The notes under the pieces were generated by a model that was not told the DNA's origin, did no database searches, and saw only the letters and a program-made list of their open reading frames with translations. This document shows, piece by piece, positions 25,498-33,500 of a stretch of 37,108 bases of DNA. The DNA lies in IMG/VR virus record IMGVR_UViG_3300031464_000088, positions 1 through 37,108 of that record, one strand, 5' to 3'. The translations under genes and the position numbers were made by a program. The DNA comes from a virus (Duplodnaviria > Caudoviricetes). Numbering within the stretch: position 1 is the first letter of the stretch; every line of letters starts with the position of its first letter.

Positions 25498-26465
25498 CAG
25501 ATGTCGTCTCCTGGCTGCTGATCATCGTCGGCGTGGTCGATGATCTCTCCTGTTTCCGGGTCGTAATAGGTCTCGTCGCCGGGCTCGCGCTCGATCTGCC
25601 GGGGCTCGGGTTGTTTAGTGGGCGTCACATCCTTGAGGACCGCTGCCGCGCCTCCCCGCTTCTTGGCTGCGCGCTGGCGCACGGCTTCTGCGATCTCGGT
25701 TTCCGGCCGCTGGTCCCATTCGAAATCGTCGTCAATGCGCTCGACGGCATCCATGAACTCGTCGCGGTCGCTGCTCGATGGCAGGTACTTGCTGATCCGA
25801 CGAATGACGGTCTTGCGCCACCATTCGCCATAGTTCTTGCCCTTCGCCGGGTCGTATTGATCGGGGTTCTTGGACTGCGCTGCGATGCGCATGATGGCCG
25901 CTTTGTCCATGACCTCGCGCTGCACGCTGCCATCCTTGAGCCGCACGATTGCGTAAACCGCAACGGGCTGGCCGCGCGGTCCGGTCAACAGCGGCTCGTG
26001 CTCGATCCGCTCGTCATCACCCAGCACGTAGGCAAACTTGTCGTTCTCATAGACGACGTGCGCGGCGATGCTGGATATGGCCCCGCTGTTGCGCGCCATC
26101 TTCATGATGCCGGCAACCATCGGGAGATACTGAACGCGATCTTCCCATCTGTCCGGCTCGCCGCGCCTGCTCACCTTCTGCCGGAAGGTCACGAGCGCCG
26201 CTTCGCGGCCGTCCAGAATGAGGCCGTCCGTCGCCGCCTTGGTGCAGGCTGCGAGCAGCGAGTGCATTCCGCCTTCTGTTGCGGTTGCGGCGCGCGAGAC
26301 CTGTGGGTTCATCTGGAGCGCGGTTTGCACAGTGCGAACGAAGCGCTCGACGGGAATGTGGCCGGGCAGTGCTTTCTTGAACTCCGGCGTCATCTGGATG
26401 AGACGCTGACGAAGCGTCACGGGTTGGTCGTTAGTTCTTGCGGGAAGCGTGTTTGTCTGCGCCAT
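25497..26465 (-). CDS. recT: RecT-family single-strand annealing recombinase
   Basis: ALP.HI..ERF.R, AA.DGL..DGREAALV.F, QY.PM..GI.K.ARNSG, VVYEND.F and W.KTVIRR.SKYLP.S motifs. Confidence 0.93.
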   Translation of the reverse strand: MAQTNTLPARTNDQPVTLRQRLIQMTPEFKKALPGHIPVERFVRTVQTALQMNPQVSRAATATEGGMHSLLAACTKAATDGLILDGREAALVTFRQKVSRRGEPDRWEDRVQYLPMVAGIMKMARNSGAISSIAAHVVYENDKFAYVLGDDERIEHEPLLTGPRGQPVAVYAIVRLKDGSVQREVMDKAAIMRIAAQSKNPDQYDPAKGKNYGEWWRKTVIRRISKYLPSSSDRDEFMDAVERIDDDFEWDQRPETEIAEAVRQRAAKKRGGAAAVLKDVTPTKQPEPRQIEREPGDETYYDPETGEIIDHADDDQQPGDDI

Positions 26466-26634
26466 CGCTGATCTCCCTCAAAAGCGTTTCGGCTCGGCTC
26501 TGGACCTTGCCTGTTGTAGTTTCGGCAACGTGCCGCAAGATCGAGACGGCCAAGTTGCTGCGGGGCTTCGGAGCGCGGCGGTAGAAGTATGCCGCGCTCC
26601 AAAACTTGCGTGTGTTTTCCGCGAGGTCGGTCAC
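26431..26634 (-). CDS. Hypothetical protein
   Basis: 67 aa; the GTG start overlaps the exonuclease stop (GTGA). Confidence 0.55.
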   Translation of the reverse strand: MTDLAENTRKFWSAAYFYRRAPKPRSNLAVSILRHVAETTTGKVQSRAETLLREISDGADKHASRKN

Positions 26635-27488
26635 GCCGCTTCGCCGTCCAGCTCGTCCGGAGCTTCAGTCAGCCGATAGGCCCAGCGCTTGAAGGTCAGC
26701 TCTTGAACGCCTTCGCCGTATGCCGGCCACCTGTCCCCGCGCTTGCACTCGGCATATGTGTTGAGCGCTTGCCGCATCATGGCGCGGCCTTCTTCGACGA
26801 TCGACGGCGGCAGCTCGTAGACGGCGAACGCATAAGGCGGCTTCTTTTCCCATGCGAGGAATGCGAAGCCTTCGACCTTCTGGTTCAGTGCTCGCCAGCC
26901 GTCCGAATAGAACGCCTCCTGCGCGTGATAGCCGTAGTTGGTGACGCTGCGGGCGAAAGCGTCAGGGTGTGCGCTGACCGTTGATTTCACGTCGAGCAGG
27001 ATGCCGAGGTCTTCGCGATAGAGGTCGGGCCGGCAGCGGCAAAGCTCGCCCGTCTCCTCGTCGATCCAGTAACCGGAAGCCTCGATCACCGGCTTGCCGC
27101 CCGTGACGATGCTGTTGATCCAGGCGTCGGCATGAACCGCATCGCGGATCGTCAGCACGCCGTCGTAGTCCGGCGCGGTCAGCAACAGCTTGCCTTCGCC
27201 CTTGCAAAACTCGGCGGCATCCTTCCACTTGTTTCCGCGCCGATCCTCGGGGCCGCGAAACACCTTGGCCTCGAAAAGCTCGGGCTGGAGAATGGCGAAG
27301 TGGCAAGCTTCGCCGAAGTCGAAATGCGATTTTTCCTCGCGGACGCCGAACTTGTAGTGAGCCGGGCTCTGCGTCTGGATTGTCCAGAGGCCGGATTTCG
27401 AAATGCCGGGTCCGGCGTGGTAGCTCTCGTTCGGAATGTCGCGATAGATGCCCGGCTTGATCGCGGGGTTGACGGCTGGCTTGCTCAT
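26631..27488 (-). CDS. RecE/ExoVIII-like PD-(D/E)XK exonuclease (DUF3799)
   Basis: PGIY.DIPNE.YHA..GISKSGL, E.S.YW.D..TG..CRCRPD, DVKST and YGYH.QEAFY motifs; upstream of recT. Confidence 0.92.
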   Translation of the reverse strand: MSKPAVNPAIKPGIYRDIPNESYHAGPGISKSGLWTIQTQSPAHYKFGVREEKSHFDFGEACHFAILQPELFEAKVFRGPEDRRGNKWKDAAEFCKGEGKLLLTAPDYDGVLTIRDAVHADAWINSIVTGGKPVIEASGYWIDEETGELCRCRPDLYREDLGILLDVKSTVSAHPDAFARSVTNYGYHAQEAFYSDGWRALNQKVEGFAFLAWEKKPPYAFAVYELPPSIVEEGRAMMRQALNTYAECKRGDRWPAYGEGVQELTFKRWAYRLTEAPDELDGEAA

Positions 27489-27742
27489 TGTGCTGCCTCC
27501 AGGGCCGGCGTTTCATGCGGGGTGCGGTCTGCGATCATCATCAGGATCGCATCGGACGCCGCGTCCTGGAGCGTTGCCCCATGTCCGACCACACACGGGT
27601 TGTCGCTGTTGGAGTGCCCAGACCAATGGACGGTGATCGAATAGCGATGCGTCTCATGCAGGCCGGGATAAAAATGCACGGCTGCGGATGACAGGTTGTG
27701 GACCTTGCACAGGTCCGCAAGGAACGGTTCTAACGGTGTCAT
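27485..27742 (-). CDS. Hypothetical protein, first gene of the pL operon
   Basis: Probable start ATG 27742 (MTPLEPF) with an AGGAG SD. Confidence 0.7.
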   Translation of the reverse strand: MTPLEPFLADLCKVHNLSSAAVHFYPGLHETHRYSITVHWSGHSNSDNPCVVGHGATLQDAASDAILMMIADRTPHETPALEAAQ

Positions 27743-27766
27743 GAACTGCACTCCTAATGCATGTTG

Positions 27767-27812
27767 CGTTGTGAACATCGCAACACTAGGCGCGGCTCAT
27801 CGCAACAGTCAA
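27767..27812 (-). promoter_or_regulatory. pL-like promoter with overlapping operators
   Basis: TTGACT (27812-27807), 18-nt spacer, TAGTGT (27788-27783). Operator CGTTGTGAACATCGCAACA at 27767-27785 and a half-site ATCGCAACA at 27799-27807. Confidence 0.7.
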
Positions 27813-27850
27813 GGGCTGGAATGCAGAATTTTAGAAATTCACAACGGGCA

Positions 27851-27886
27851 TTGACAAACGCCCAACGCGATGCTGATATCGCAACA
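27851..27886 (+). promoter_or_regulatory. tRNA promoter with overlapping operator
   Basis: Perfect TTGACA at 27851, AT-containing -10 region near 27874-27880, and operator-like CGATGCTGATATCGCAACA at 27868-27886. Confidence 0.6.
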
Positions 27887-27888
27887 GA

Positions 27889-27964
27889 AGCGGCGTGGGG
27901 AAGCGGTCAACCCGCTCGGCTCATAACCGGGAGATCGGCGGTTCAAATCCGCCCGCCGCAACCA
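27889..27964 (+). tRNA. tRNA-Met(CAT), initiator (fMet)-like
   Basis: 76-nt cloverleaf: acceptor GCGGCG/CGCCGC with A1xA72 mismatch, D stem GGG/CCC, anticodon stem CTCGG/CCGGG with loop CTCATAA, T arm GGCGG-TTCAAAT-CCGCC, encoded ACCA end. Confidence 0.93.
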
Positions 27965-27988
27965 ACTCACGGCAGCGGGGGCTGTGCG

Positions 27989-28024
27989 AAGGCCGGTGGC
28001 GAAGAGGGCCGCTACCGGCCTTTT
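27989..28024 (+). terminator. Intrinsic terminator between the convergent tRNA and repressor genes
   Basis: aaggccggtggcg-aagagggc-cgctaccggcc-tttt. Confidence 0.75.
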
Positions 28025-28025
28025 C

Positions 28026-28646
28026 CTACGGAATGATTGCAAGCACGGGTGTTGCTGTTTGCAGGTCGAACTCGGCCCTCTGTCCAGAGACGGTGACGAC
28101 ACGGGCCTCGCCGGTTTTTCTGGCTCGCTCGATCTTCGCCATGACTTGTTCGCCAGCATTGTTCCGGCAAATCGACAGCGCGCCTATTGCGGTGCTTTCG
28201 ACAATCTCCGTGGGCTTGAACAACACGACAGCATCATCGAGAAAAGCTAGCGGGCCGTCGAGCGCCCTGACCTGGGCGGCAATGATCCGGCCGTTGCCGT
28301 GAGTGTGGATCGCTGCCTGAGCGCGATCGATCACGGACTGTGGGAGCGGCCGCGGGTCCGTGAGCCGTCCGACCTCTCCCTTTTCGTTGACGATCGCCGC
28401 GAGCAGCACGCGCGTCGGCTGGCCGTCGAGATCGATGGAGACGCCAGCGTGTCTCAAGACCTCGCTGACGGGCGCATTCAGAAAATGCGCAATGGCGGTG
28501 GTCTCCTCCATCTTCATTTTTCTCTTGCCGGCAAGCATTCGCGACACTGCCGATGGGTCCAGGTCCAGGTGCCGCGCGAGCGCCCGGACGGACTTGCGGT
28601 TCTCCTCCAGCTTCTGGATGAACCAATCCCTGTTGATTTGCTGCAT
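28026..28646 (-). CDS. CI-like phage repressor (HTH plus degenerate S24-like domain)
   Basis: SVRALARHLDLDPSAVSRMLAGKRKM HTH; divergent from the Cro-like gene; C-terminal beta domain with an S24-like pattern. Confidence 0.85.
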   Translation of the reverse strand: MQQINRDWFIQKLEENRKSVRALARHLDLDPSAVSRMLAGKRKMKMEETTAIAHFLNAPVSEVLRHAGVSIDLDGQPTRVLLAAIVNEKGEVGRLTDPRPLPQSVIDRAQAAIHTHGNGRIIAAQVRALDGPLAFLDDAVVLFKPTEIVESTAIGALSICRNNAGEQVMAKIERARKTGEARVVTVSGQRAEFDLQTATPVLAIIP

Positions 28647-28680
28647 ATGATATACTCACATCGCACGACTAACCTGCACT

Positions 28681-28699
28681 TGTTGCAGGTCTCGCAACA
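28681..28699. promoter_or_regulatory. Operator upstream of the repressor gene
   Basis: TGTTGCAGGTCTCGCAACA, same 19-bp geometry as the other copies. Confidence 0.7.
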
Positions 28700-28775
28700 C
28701 ACTGCAAGCATCATATCGTAAGTCTTGCCCCCGCCTCCGAAACAAATCCTCCCACAAGCCTTCCCCTCCAGAGGC

Positions 28776-28821
28776 TTGACCAGTGCGACATTCACATCAT
28801 ACTGTTGCGAAAAACGCATCA
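28776..28821 (+). promoter_or_regulatory. pR-like promoter with overlapping operators
   Basis: TTGACC, 16-nt spacer, CATACT. Operator TGTTGCGAAAAACGCATCA at 28803-28821 and a weaker CAGTGCGACATTCACATCA at 28781-28799. Confidence 0.65.
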
Positions 28822-28832
28822 GGTGATTTGCA

Positions 28833-29066
28833 TTGACTGCCGCCAACCAAAAGACGCCGTGGCAACGGGTGTATGCCAAATTCGGCATGTCGCAGTCCGC
28901 CTTCGCTCGGGCGCTTAAGCGACACCGGTCGAAAGTTAGCCGTGCTTTGCGAGATTCGAAAGGCTTGATTAACGGGAAAGATCAAGAGCTTATCATCATG
29001 GTTGCCAAAGAGTATGGCGTCGACCTGTCTCCGGACGATATCACGCCGGTCATCAGCCATGACTGA
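28833..29066 (+). CDS. Cro-like HTH regulator
   Basis: TTG start with an AGGTGA SD; MSQSAFARALKRHRSKVSR HTH; divergent from the repressor. Confidence 0.8.
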   Translation: MTAANQKTPWQRVYAKFGMSQSAFARALKRHRSKVSRALRDSKGLINGKDQELIIMVAKEYGVDLSPDDITPVISHD

Positions 29067-29286
29067 CAGATTACGCCCCGGCAGCGCGCCGATGTCAATT
29101 CAGCAACAAGCCGAGTTCATTGACAGTATCGCAACACGCTGCGTCATGAGCGACGGCACGCCGGCACACGAGACGATCATCATCCTCAATGCCTCCGAGG
29201 CTGCCGATCTGAGCGCGCTGGCCAAGCGGCTCTATCGCATGGCTCCACACGAGGATCGCATCAGGCGGCTGGTGGTGGGTCGGTGA
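29059..29286 (+). CDS. Hypothetical protein
   Basis: Probable start ATG 29059; coupled to the helicase gene by a GTGA overlap. Confidence 0.6.
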   Translation: MTDRLRPGSAPMSIQQQAEFIDSIATRCVMSDGTPAHETIIILNASEAADLSALAKRLYRMAPHEDRIRRLVVGR

Positions 29287-30695
29287 TCACGCTTCGCCCC
29301 GATCAGGAAGATGTTCGCACCAAGCTCCGCGTCGCTTTGCGATCGTCGGCGGCCGTGCTCGTGTTCGCCCCGACCGGCTTCGGCAAGACGGTCCTCGCGG
29401 CAGCGCTCATCAAGCTCATTGCCGACGCTGGCAAGCGCGTGATCTTCTGCGTTCATCGCGTCGATCTCATTACGCAGACGGCGAAGACGTTCGATAAGTT
29501 CGGCATCCGGTTCAGCTACATCGCGTCCGGTTATCACTTCAATCCATATCATCGCGTCTTCATCGCCTCGATCGCGACGCTCAGAAACCGGCTCGGCAAG
29601 ATCCCCGCGCATTACGTGATGGTCGATGAAGCGCATTTGAGCGCTGCCAACGGCTGGGCCAAAGTTGCGCACCATTACAAGGGCACGGGCGCGCGCCTCA
29701 TCGGGTTGACCGGATCGCCCGAGCGTTTAGACGGCAAGCCTCTCGGCGACGTGTGGGACACGATGGTCATGGGTCCGTCTGTCCGGTGGCTGATCGAGAA
29801 CGGGCACCTGTCGCGCTATCGGGCGTTCGCTCCTGCCGGCATCGATCTGACCGGCGTGCGTATCCGCAACGGCGATTACGTCACCTCGGAGATCGACGAG
29901 CTGATGGCGGGCAAGGCGGTCCTTGCGAACGCTGTCCGTCACTGGCGGAAGTTTGCCGCCGGCAAGCGCACCATTGCATTCGCGCCATCCGTCGCGCGAG
30001 CGGAACAGCTCGCTGCCGAGTTCCGCGAAAAGGGCATCATGGCCGTTGCGCTCGATGGCAACACGCCGCAAGACGAGCGGCGCGCGGCGTTCATCGGTTT
30101 CGCTGACCGGCAGATCGATGTCCTGGTCAATTGCCAGCTCTTCTGCGAGGGCTTCGATCTTGCGGCGCAAGTCGATCGCGACGTGACGATCGAGGCGGTG
30201 ATGCAATACTCGCCAACGCAATCGCTGGCGAAACATCTGCAACAGCTCGGGCGTGGACTGCGCAAGAAGCCTGAGCCTGCGATCCTGCTCGATCTGGTCG
30301 GCAATCTCGCCCGCCTCGGCCTTCCCGACGAAGAGCGCGAATGGTCGCTCGAAGGTCGCAAGAAGAAGGATCGCGAAAGCTCGGTGGTGCTCTGCCCGTC
30401 GTGCTTCGCAGCCCATGACGACGCTCCGCGCTGCCCTGAATGCGGGCATGTGTATCCGATCAAGAAGCGCGAGGCGATCGGGCAAGGGCGGCTGCTCGGA
30501 GAAGTTGACGGTGAACTCGAGGAAATAGACCTCGATGCGATCCGCCGCGAGCGCAAGCGTGAACAGGCCATGGCGAAGTCGCTGGAGGACTTGGTGAACC
30601 TCGCCACGGCGCGTGGGTACAAAAGCCCTGAGAAATGGGCGGCTCATGTCTGGACGTACCGCCAAGCCAGGGCGGCAGAAAGGGCCAGCACATGA
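29283..30695 (+). CDS. SF2 DEAH-box helicase with C-terminal Zn finger
   Basis: LRPDQ Q-motif, APTGFGKT, VDEAH, TGSP, EGFD, QQLGRGLR and CPSC..CPECG. Confidence 0.93.
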   Translation: MITLRPDQEDVRTKLRVALRSSAAVLVFAPTGFGKTVLAAALIKLIADAGKRVIFCVHRVDLITQTAKTFDKFGIRFSYIASGYHFNPYHRVFIASIATLRNRLGKIPAHYVMVDEAHLSAANGWAKVAHHYKGTGARLIGLTGSPERLDGKPLGDVWDTMVMGPSVRWLIENGHLSRYRAFAPAGIDLTGVRIRNGDYVTSEIDELMAGKAVLANAVRHWRKFAAGKRTIAFAPSVARAEQLAAEFREKGIMAVALDGNTPQDERRAAFIGFADRQIDVLVNCQLFCEGFDLAAQVDRDVTIEAVMQYSPTQSLAKHLQQLGRGLRKKPEPAILLDLVGNLARLGLPDEEREWSLEGRKKKDRESSVVLCPSCFAAHDDAPRCPECGHVYPIKKREAIGQGRLLGEVDGELEEIDLDAIRRERKREQAMAKSLEDLVNLATARGYKSPEKWAAHVWTYRQARAAERAST

Positions 30696-31036
30696 ACATG
30701 CACGTTCCGCATCCGATCGCGTGCCCGTGCTGTCGGCAGCCGGTGCATGCGCCATCTCTTGAGATCGTCATCGATCATTACAAGGTGACGCCGCTTCAAG
30801 CCCGCATCCTCGCCGCGATCTGGAGGGGCAAGGGGCATCCCGTCGTCACCGAACGGATCTTCGATGCCATGTACGCCGACGATCCTGACGGCGGGCCATC
30901 GCCGACGCGCATGTATGGCGCATTCAAAGTGGCGCTCTGTCATTTGCGCGCGAGGCTGAAAGGTTCCGGCATCTCAATTGAGAATGTCGGCTATCGCCGG
31001 GGATACCGGCTGGTCATAGGAGGAGAAGAGAATTGA
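30692..31036 (+). CDS. OmpR/PhoB-type winged-helix DNA-binding protein
   Basis: Probable start ATG 30692. CPCC, then TPLQARIL..........I.DAMY......KV.LCHLR.RL......IENV...GYRL. Confidence 0.8.
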   Translation: MNMHVPHPIACPCCRQPVHAPSLEIVIDHYKVTPLQARILAAIWRGKGHPVVTERIFDAMYADDPDGGPSPTRMYGAFKVALCHLRARLKGSGISIENVGYRRGYRLVIGGEEN

Positions 31037-31383
31037 AGAGCTTTGATCTGGTGGCGCATCTCAAGCGACAGATCGCCTTCAGCCGTGGCACGTTTGGTCC
31101 GGGTCCCCGGACAAAGGGCTTGATCGATCATATCCGCAAGGAGCTGAAGGAATTGGAGGACGCCGGGGGCTCGGCCGATGAATGGGTCGATCTGGTCATC
31201 CTTGCTCTCGACGGAATGACGCGTGAGATCATGGCCAATGGGTACGACACGGAAGACGCGGCTGAAATCACGTGCCGCATGATCGCGAAAAAGCAAACGC
31301 TCAATGAGGCTCGTGACTGGCCGGATTGGCGCATGCAATCTCAAGATCGCGCGATCGAGCACATTCGCGAGGGGGCAGTTTGA
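31033..31383 (+). CDS. DUF550-family dATP/dGTP pyrophosphohydrolase (MazG-like)
   Basis: FS..TFGPG.R..G.IDHI.KEL.E, EWVD.VILALDG and KQ..NEAR.WPDWR motifs. Confidence 0.88.
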   Translation: MKSFDLVAHLKRQIAFSRGTFGPGPRTKGLIDHIRKELKELEDAGGSADEWVDLVILALDGMTREIMANGYDTEDAAEITCRMIAKKQTLNEARDWPDWRMQSQDRAIEHIREGAV

Positions 31384-31883
31384 TGGCCGGGTCACTGAAC
31401 AAAGTCATTCTGATCGGCCACGTTGGGGCCAATCCCGAGGTCATGACCTTGAGCAGCGGCAACGTGGTCGCCAACTTCTCGCTCGCAACAACGGAGACCT
31501 GGAAAGACAGGAGCACGGGCGAAAAGAAAGAGCGCACCGAATGGCATCGGTGCGTGGTCTGGAACGAAGGGCTTTGCGGTGTTGTCGAGCAGTACGTTCG
31601 CAAAGGCCAGAAGCTCTATGTCGAGGGCCAATTGCAAACGCGCAAATGGGAAAAGGACGGCGTTGAACGTTACTCGACTGAGGTCGTGCTCACCGGCTTC
31701 GACGCCAAGCTGTTGATGCTCGACAGGGGCGGTGGCGGCAATCGCGATCAGAACGACAATGCCAGCCGGCCGGGGAACGGCGGGCGCGCCAAGGAAGGCG
31801 GAAACGCATACGCCAACGCCAAAGGTAAAACGCAACAGCCCGCCTCGGTGAACCACGGCCTGGACGACGAAATACCGTTCTGA
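31383..31883 (+). CDS. ssb: Single-stranded DNA-binding protein
   Basis: MAGSLNKVILIG.VG..PE, ERTEWHR, YVEGQLQTRKW, and a C-terminal DDEIPF tail. Confidence 0.96.
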   Translation: MAGSLNKVILIGHVGANPEVMTLSSGNVVANFSLATTETWKDRSTGEKKERTEWHRCVVWNEGLCGVVEQYVRKGQKLYVEGQLQTRKWEKDGVERYSTEVVLTGFDAKLLMLDRGGGGNRDQNDNASRPGNGGRAKEGGNAYANAKGKTQQPASVNHGLDDEIPF

Positions 31884-31893
31884 GAATAGAGCC

Positions 31894-32289
31894 GTGACCG
31901 AAGCCGATCTCATGCGCAATCTGCAAAAGCTCGCCTCGAAACTCGGGGCGAGACTATTCAGGCAGAACACCGGGCAAGCATGGGTCGGCAAGATCGAGCG
32001 TGGTCCCCGCGTCGTTCGCCTCGGACCTGGCGATATCGTCTTGCGGAATGCGCGCCCATTCCATGCCGGGTTTACTGGCATGTCCGATCTCGGCGGCTGG
32101 GTCCCCGTCCGGATCACGGCTGGCATGGTCGGCTCGATCGTCGCCGTCTACACCCAGGTGGAGGTCAAGGCGAAAGGCAGGCCGACGCGCGAGCAAATGG
32201 CCTGGATCGACGCCGTGAACGCTGCCGGCGGCCGGGCTGGCATCGCCCGGTCTGCTGATGATCTGAGCAACATTCTCGGCATAAGCTGA
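31894..32289 (+). CDS. VRR-NUC domain nuclease
   Basis: E.DL...L, LFRQN.G, G.SDL.G, VEVK..GR...EQ and GG.AGIARS motifs. Confidence 0.88.
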   Translation: MTEADLMRNLQKLASKLGARLFRQNTGQAWVGKIERGPRVVRLGPGDIVLRNARPFHAGFTGMSDLGGWVPVRITAGMVGSIVAVYTQVEVKAKGRPTREQMAWIDAVNAAGGRAGIARSADDLSNILGIS

Positions 32290-32331
32290 GGGTTCCCGTC
32301 GCGCGCTCTTGAGTTCCGAGTGCGAAAATGA

Positions 32332-32350
32332 TGTTGTGATTATCGCAACA
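32332..32350. promoter_or_regulatory. Operator upstream of the primase gene
   Basis: TGTTGTGATTATCGCAACA, an 18/19 match to the 24375 palindrome. Confidence 0.8.
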
Positions 32351-32370
32351 CTTTGCAGGAGTGAGCCGGC

Positions 32371-33252
32371 GTGTCTTCAGATATGGAACGCCTTCGACGT
32401 GAGATTTCCCTGCCGGACACGGCGGCGGCTTTCGGCGTTGCGCTCCAGAAGGACGGCAGCGAGTGGGTCGCGCTCTGCCCGTTCCACGTCGAGGACACGC
32501 CGTCTTTCACGATCTTCACGGGCCGTGACAATATCCAGCGCTATCACTGCTTCGGGTGTGGCGAGCACGGCGACGTGCTCGATTTCGTGCAAATCATCAA
32601 GGGCGTCGATCTCAAAGAGGCGATCCGCATTCTCGGCGGGGGCAAGGCGGGGCCGAACATTGCTCCGCGCAAGGTCGAGGTCCGCGATGTCTACGCGGGC
32701 ATTGTACCGCTCGATCCTCCGCAAGAGATCGAGCCTCGGCAACGGGTGAAGCTCTACAATCCGAAGCGGGCGGGGACTGAACGCGAATGGGGATCGTTCG
32801 CCCCGTCGATGATCTTCCCTTATCGGCGCGCGGACGGGTCGTTGCTCGGGTACGTGTTGCGCCGTGAGCTGCCGGACGGCGGCAAGGAAACGCCCATGGT
32901 CATGTGGGTGCGTTTGCCCGATGGCACGGAATGCTGGGCGCGTTTCCCGTTCCCAAAGCCTCGCCCGCTCTATGGTCTCGATGCTCTCGATAGGGACTCA
33001 CAGGTCATCGTTGTCGAAGGCGAGAAATGCCGTGATGCGCTCGCCAAGGTGACATTCCGGCAATTCGTTTCGTGGCCGGGCGGGACGCAGGGCGTCAAGC
33101 ATACTGACTGGTCGCCGCTCGCCGGGCGCAACGTCGTGATCTGGCCGGATGCTGACGGGCCTGGGCTTTCCACGGCCAACGAGATCGCCGGCATCGTCTC
33201 GCAGCTCGGCTGCAAGACGCGCATCATGGATGTCGCCGGGGGTGCTCAATGA
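32371..33252 (+). CDS. DNA primase: CHC2 Zn finger plus N-terminal part of TOPRIM
   Basis: CPFH.E.TPSF....HCFGCG..GD, RPLYGL, VVEGEKC.D and IWPDAD.PG; GTG start with an AGGAG SD. Confidence 0.9.
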   Translation: MSSDMERLRREISLPDTAAAFGVALQKDGSEWVALCPFHVEDTPSFTIFTGRDNIQRYHCFGCGEHGDVLDFVQIIKGVDLKEAIRILGGGKAGPNIAPRKVEVRDVYAGIVPLDPPQEIEPRQRVKLYNPKRAGTEREWGSFAPSMIFPYRRADGSLLGYVLRRELPDGGKETPMVMWVRLPDGTECWARFPFPKPRPLYGLDALDRDSQVIVVEGEKCRDALAKVTFRQFVSWPGGTQGVKHTDWSPLAGRNVVIWPDADGPGLSTANEIAGIVSQLGCKTRIMDVAGGAQ

Positions 33253-33500
33253 GCGACCGAGGCATCTGCTGCCCGCAATGCGGCTCGGTCCGTCTGCGCG
33301 TCAAGGACAGCCGGCCGCGCGGAAATTCCATCGTGCGCTGCCGGCAGTGCAACGCCTGCGGCGCTCGCTTCAGATCGTATGAGTACAGCGAAGCTGATCT
33401 GAGGTCCCTGGAACTCGATCCGCGTCTGACGCTCAGGGCGGTTCGGGTGATGGCCAGCCAAATGTTGGAGCGCATCAACGAAGCGCTCAGAGACGAATGA
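33249..33500 (+). CDS. Small Zn-ribbon protein (NrdR-N/Ogr-like)
   Basis: CPQCGS....V.DSR......R.R.C..CG.RF.SYE. Confidence 0.8.
   Translation: MSDRGICCPQCGSVRLRVKDSRPRGNSIVRCRQCNACGARFRSYEYSEADLRSLELDPRLTLRAVRVMASQMLERINEALRDE

Noticed and set aside
27889-27964. tRNA as an attachment site or prophage boundary
   Set aside because: Phage genes continue on both sides, no duplicated 3' tRNA fragment was seen, and the integrase is 8 kb away.
31033-31383. 2-aminoadenine (Z-genome) pathway suggested by DUF550
   Set aside because: No PurZ, DatZ or phage DNA polymerase in the window; DUF550 alone is common in temperate phages.
33230-33252. Programmed -1 frameshift at the G run ending the primase gene
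   Set aside because: Not a canonical X XXY YYZ slippery site. The G run is explained as the SD of the next ORF, and a full fusion would also need TGA readthrough.
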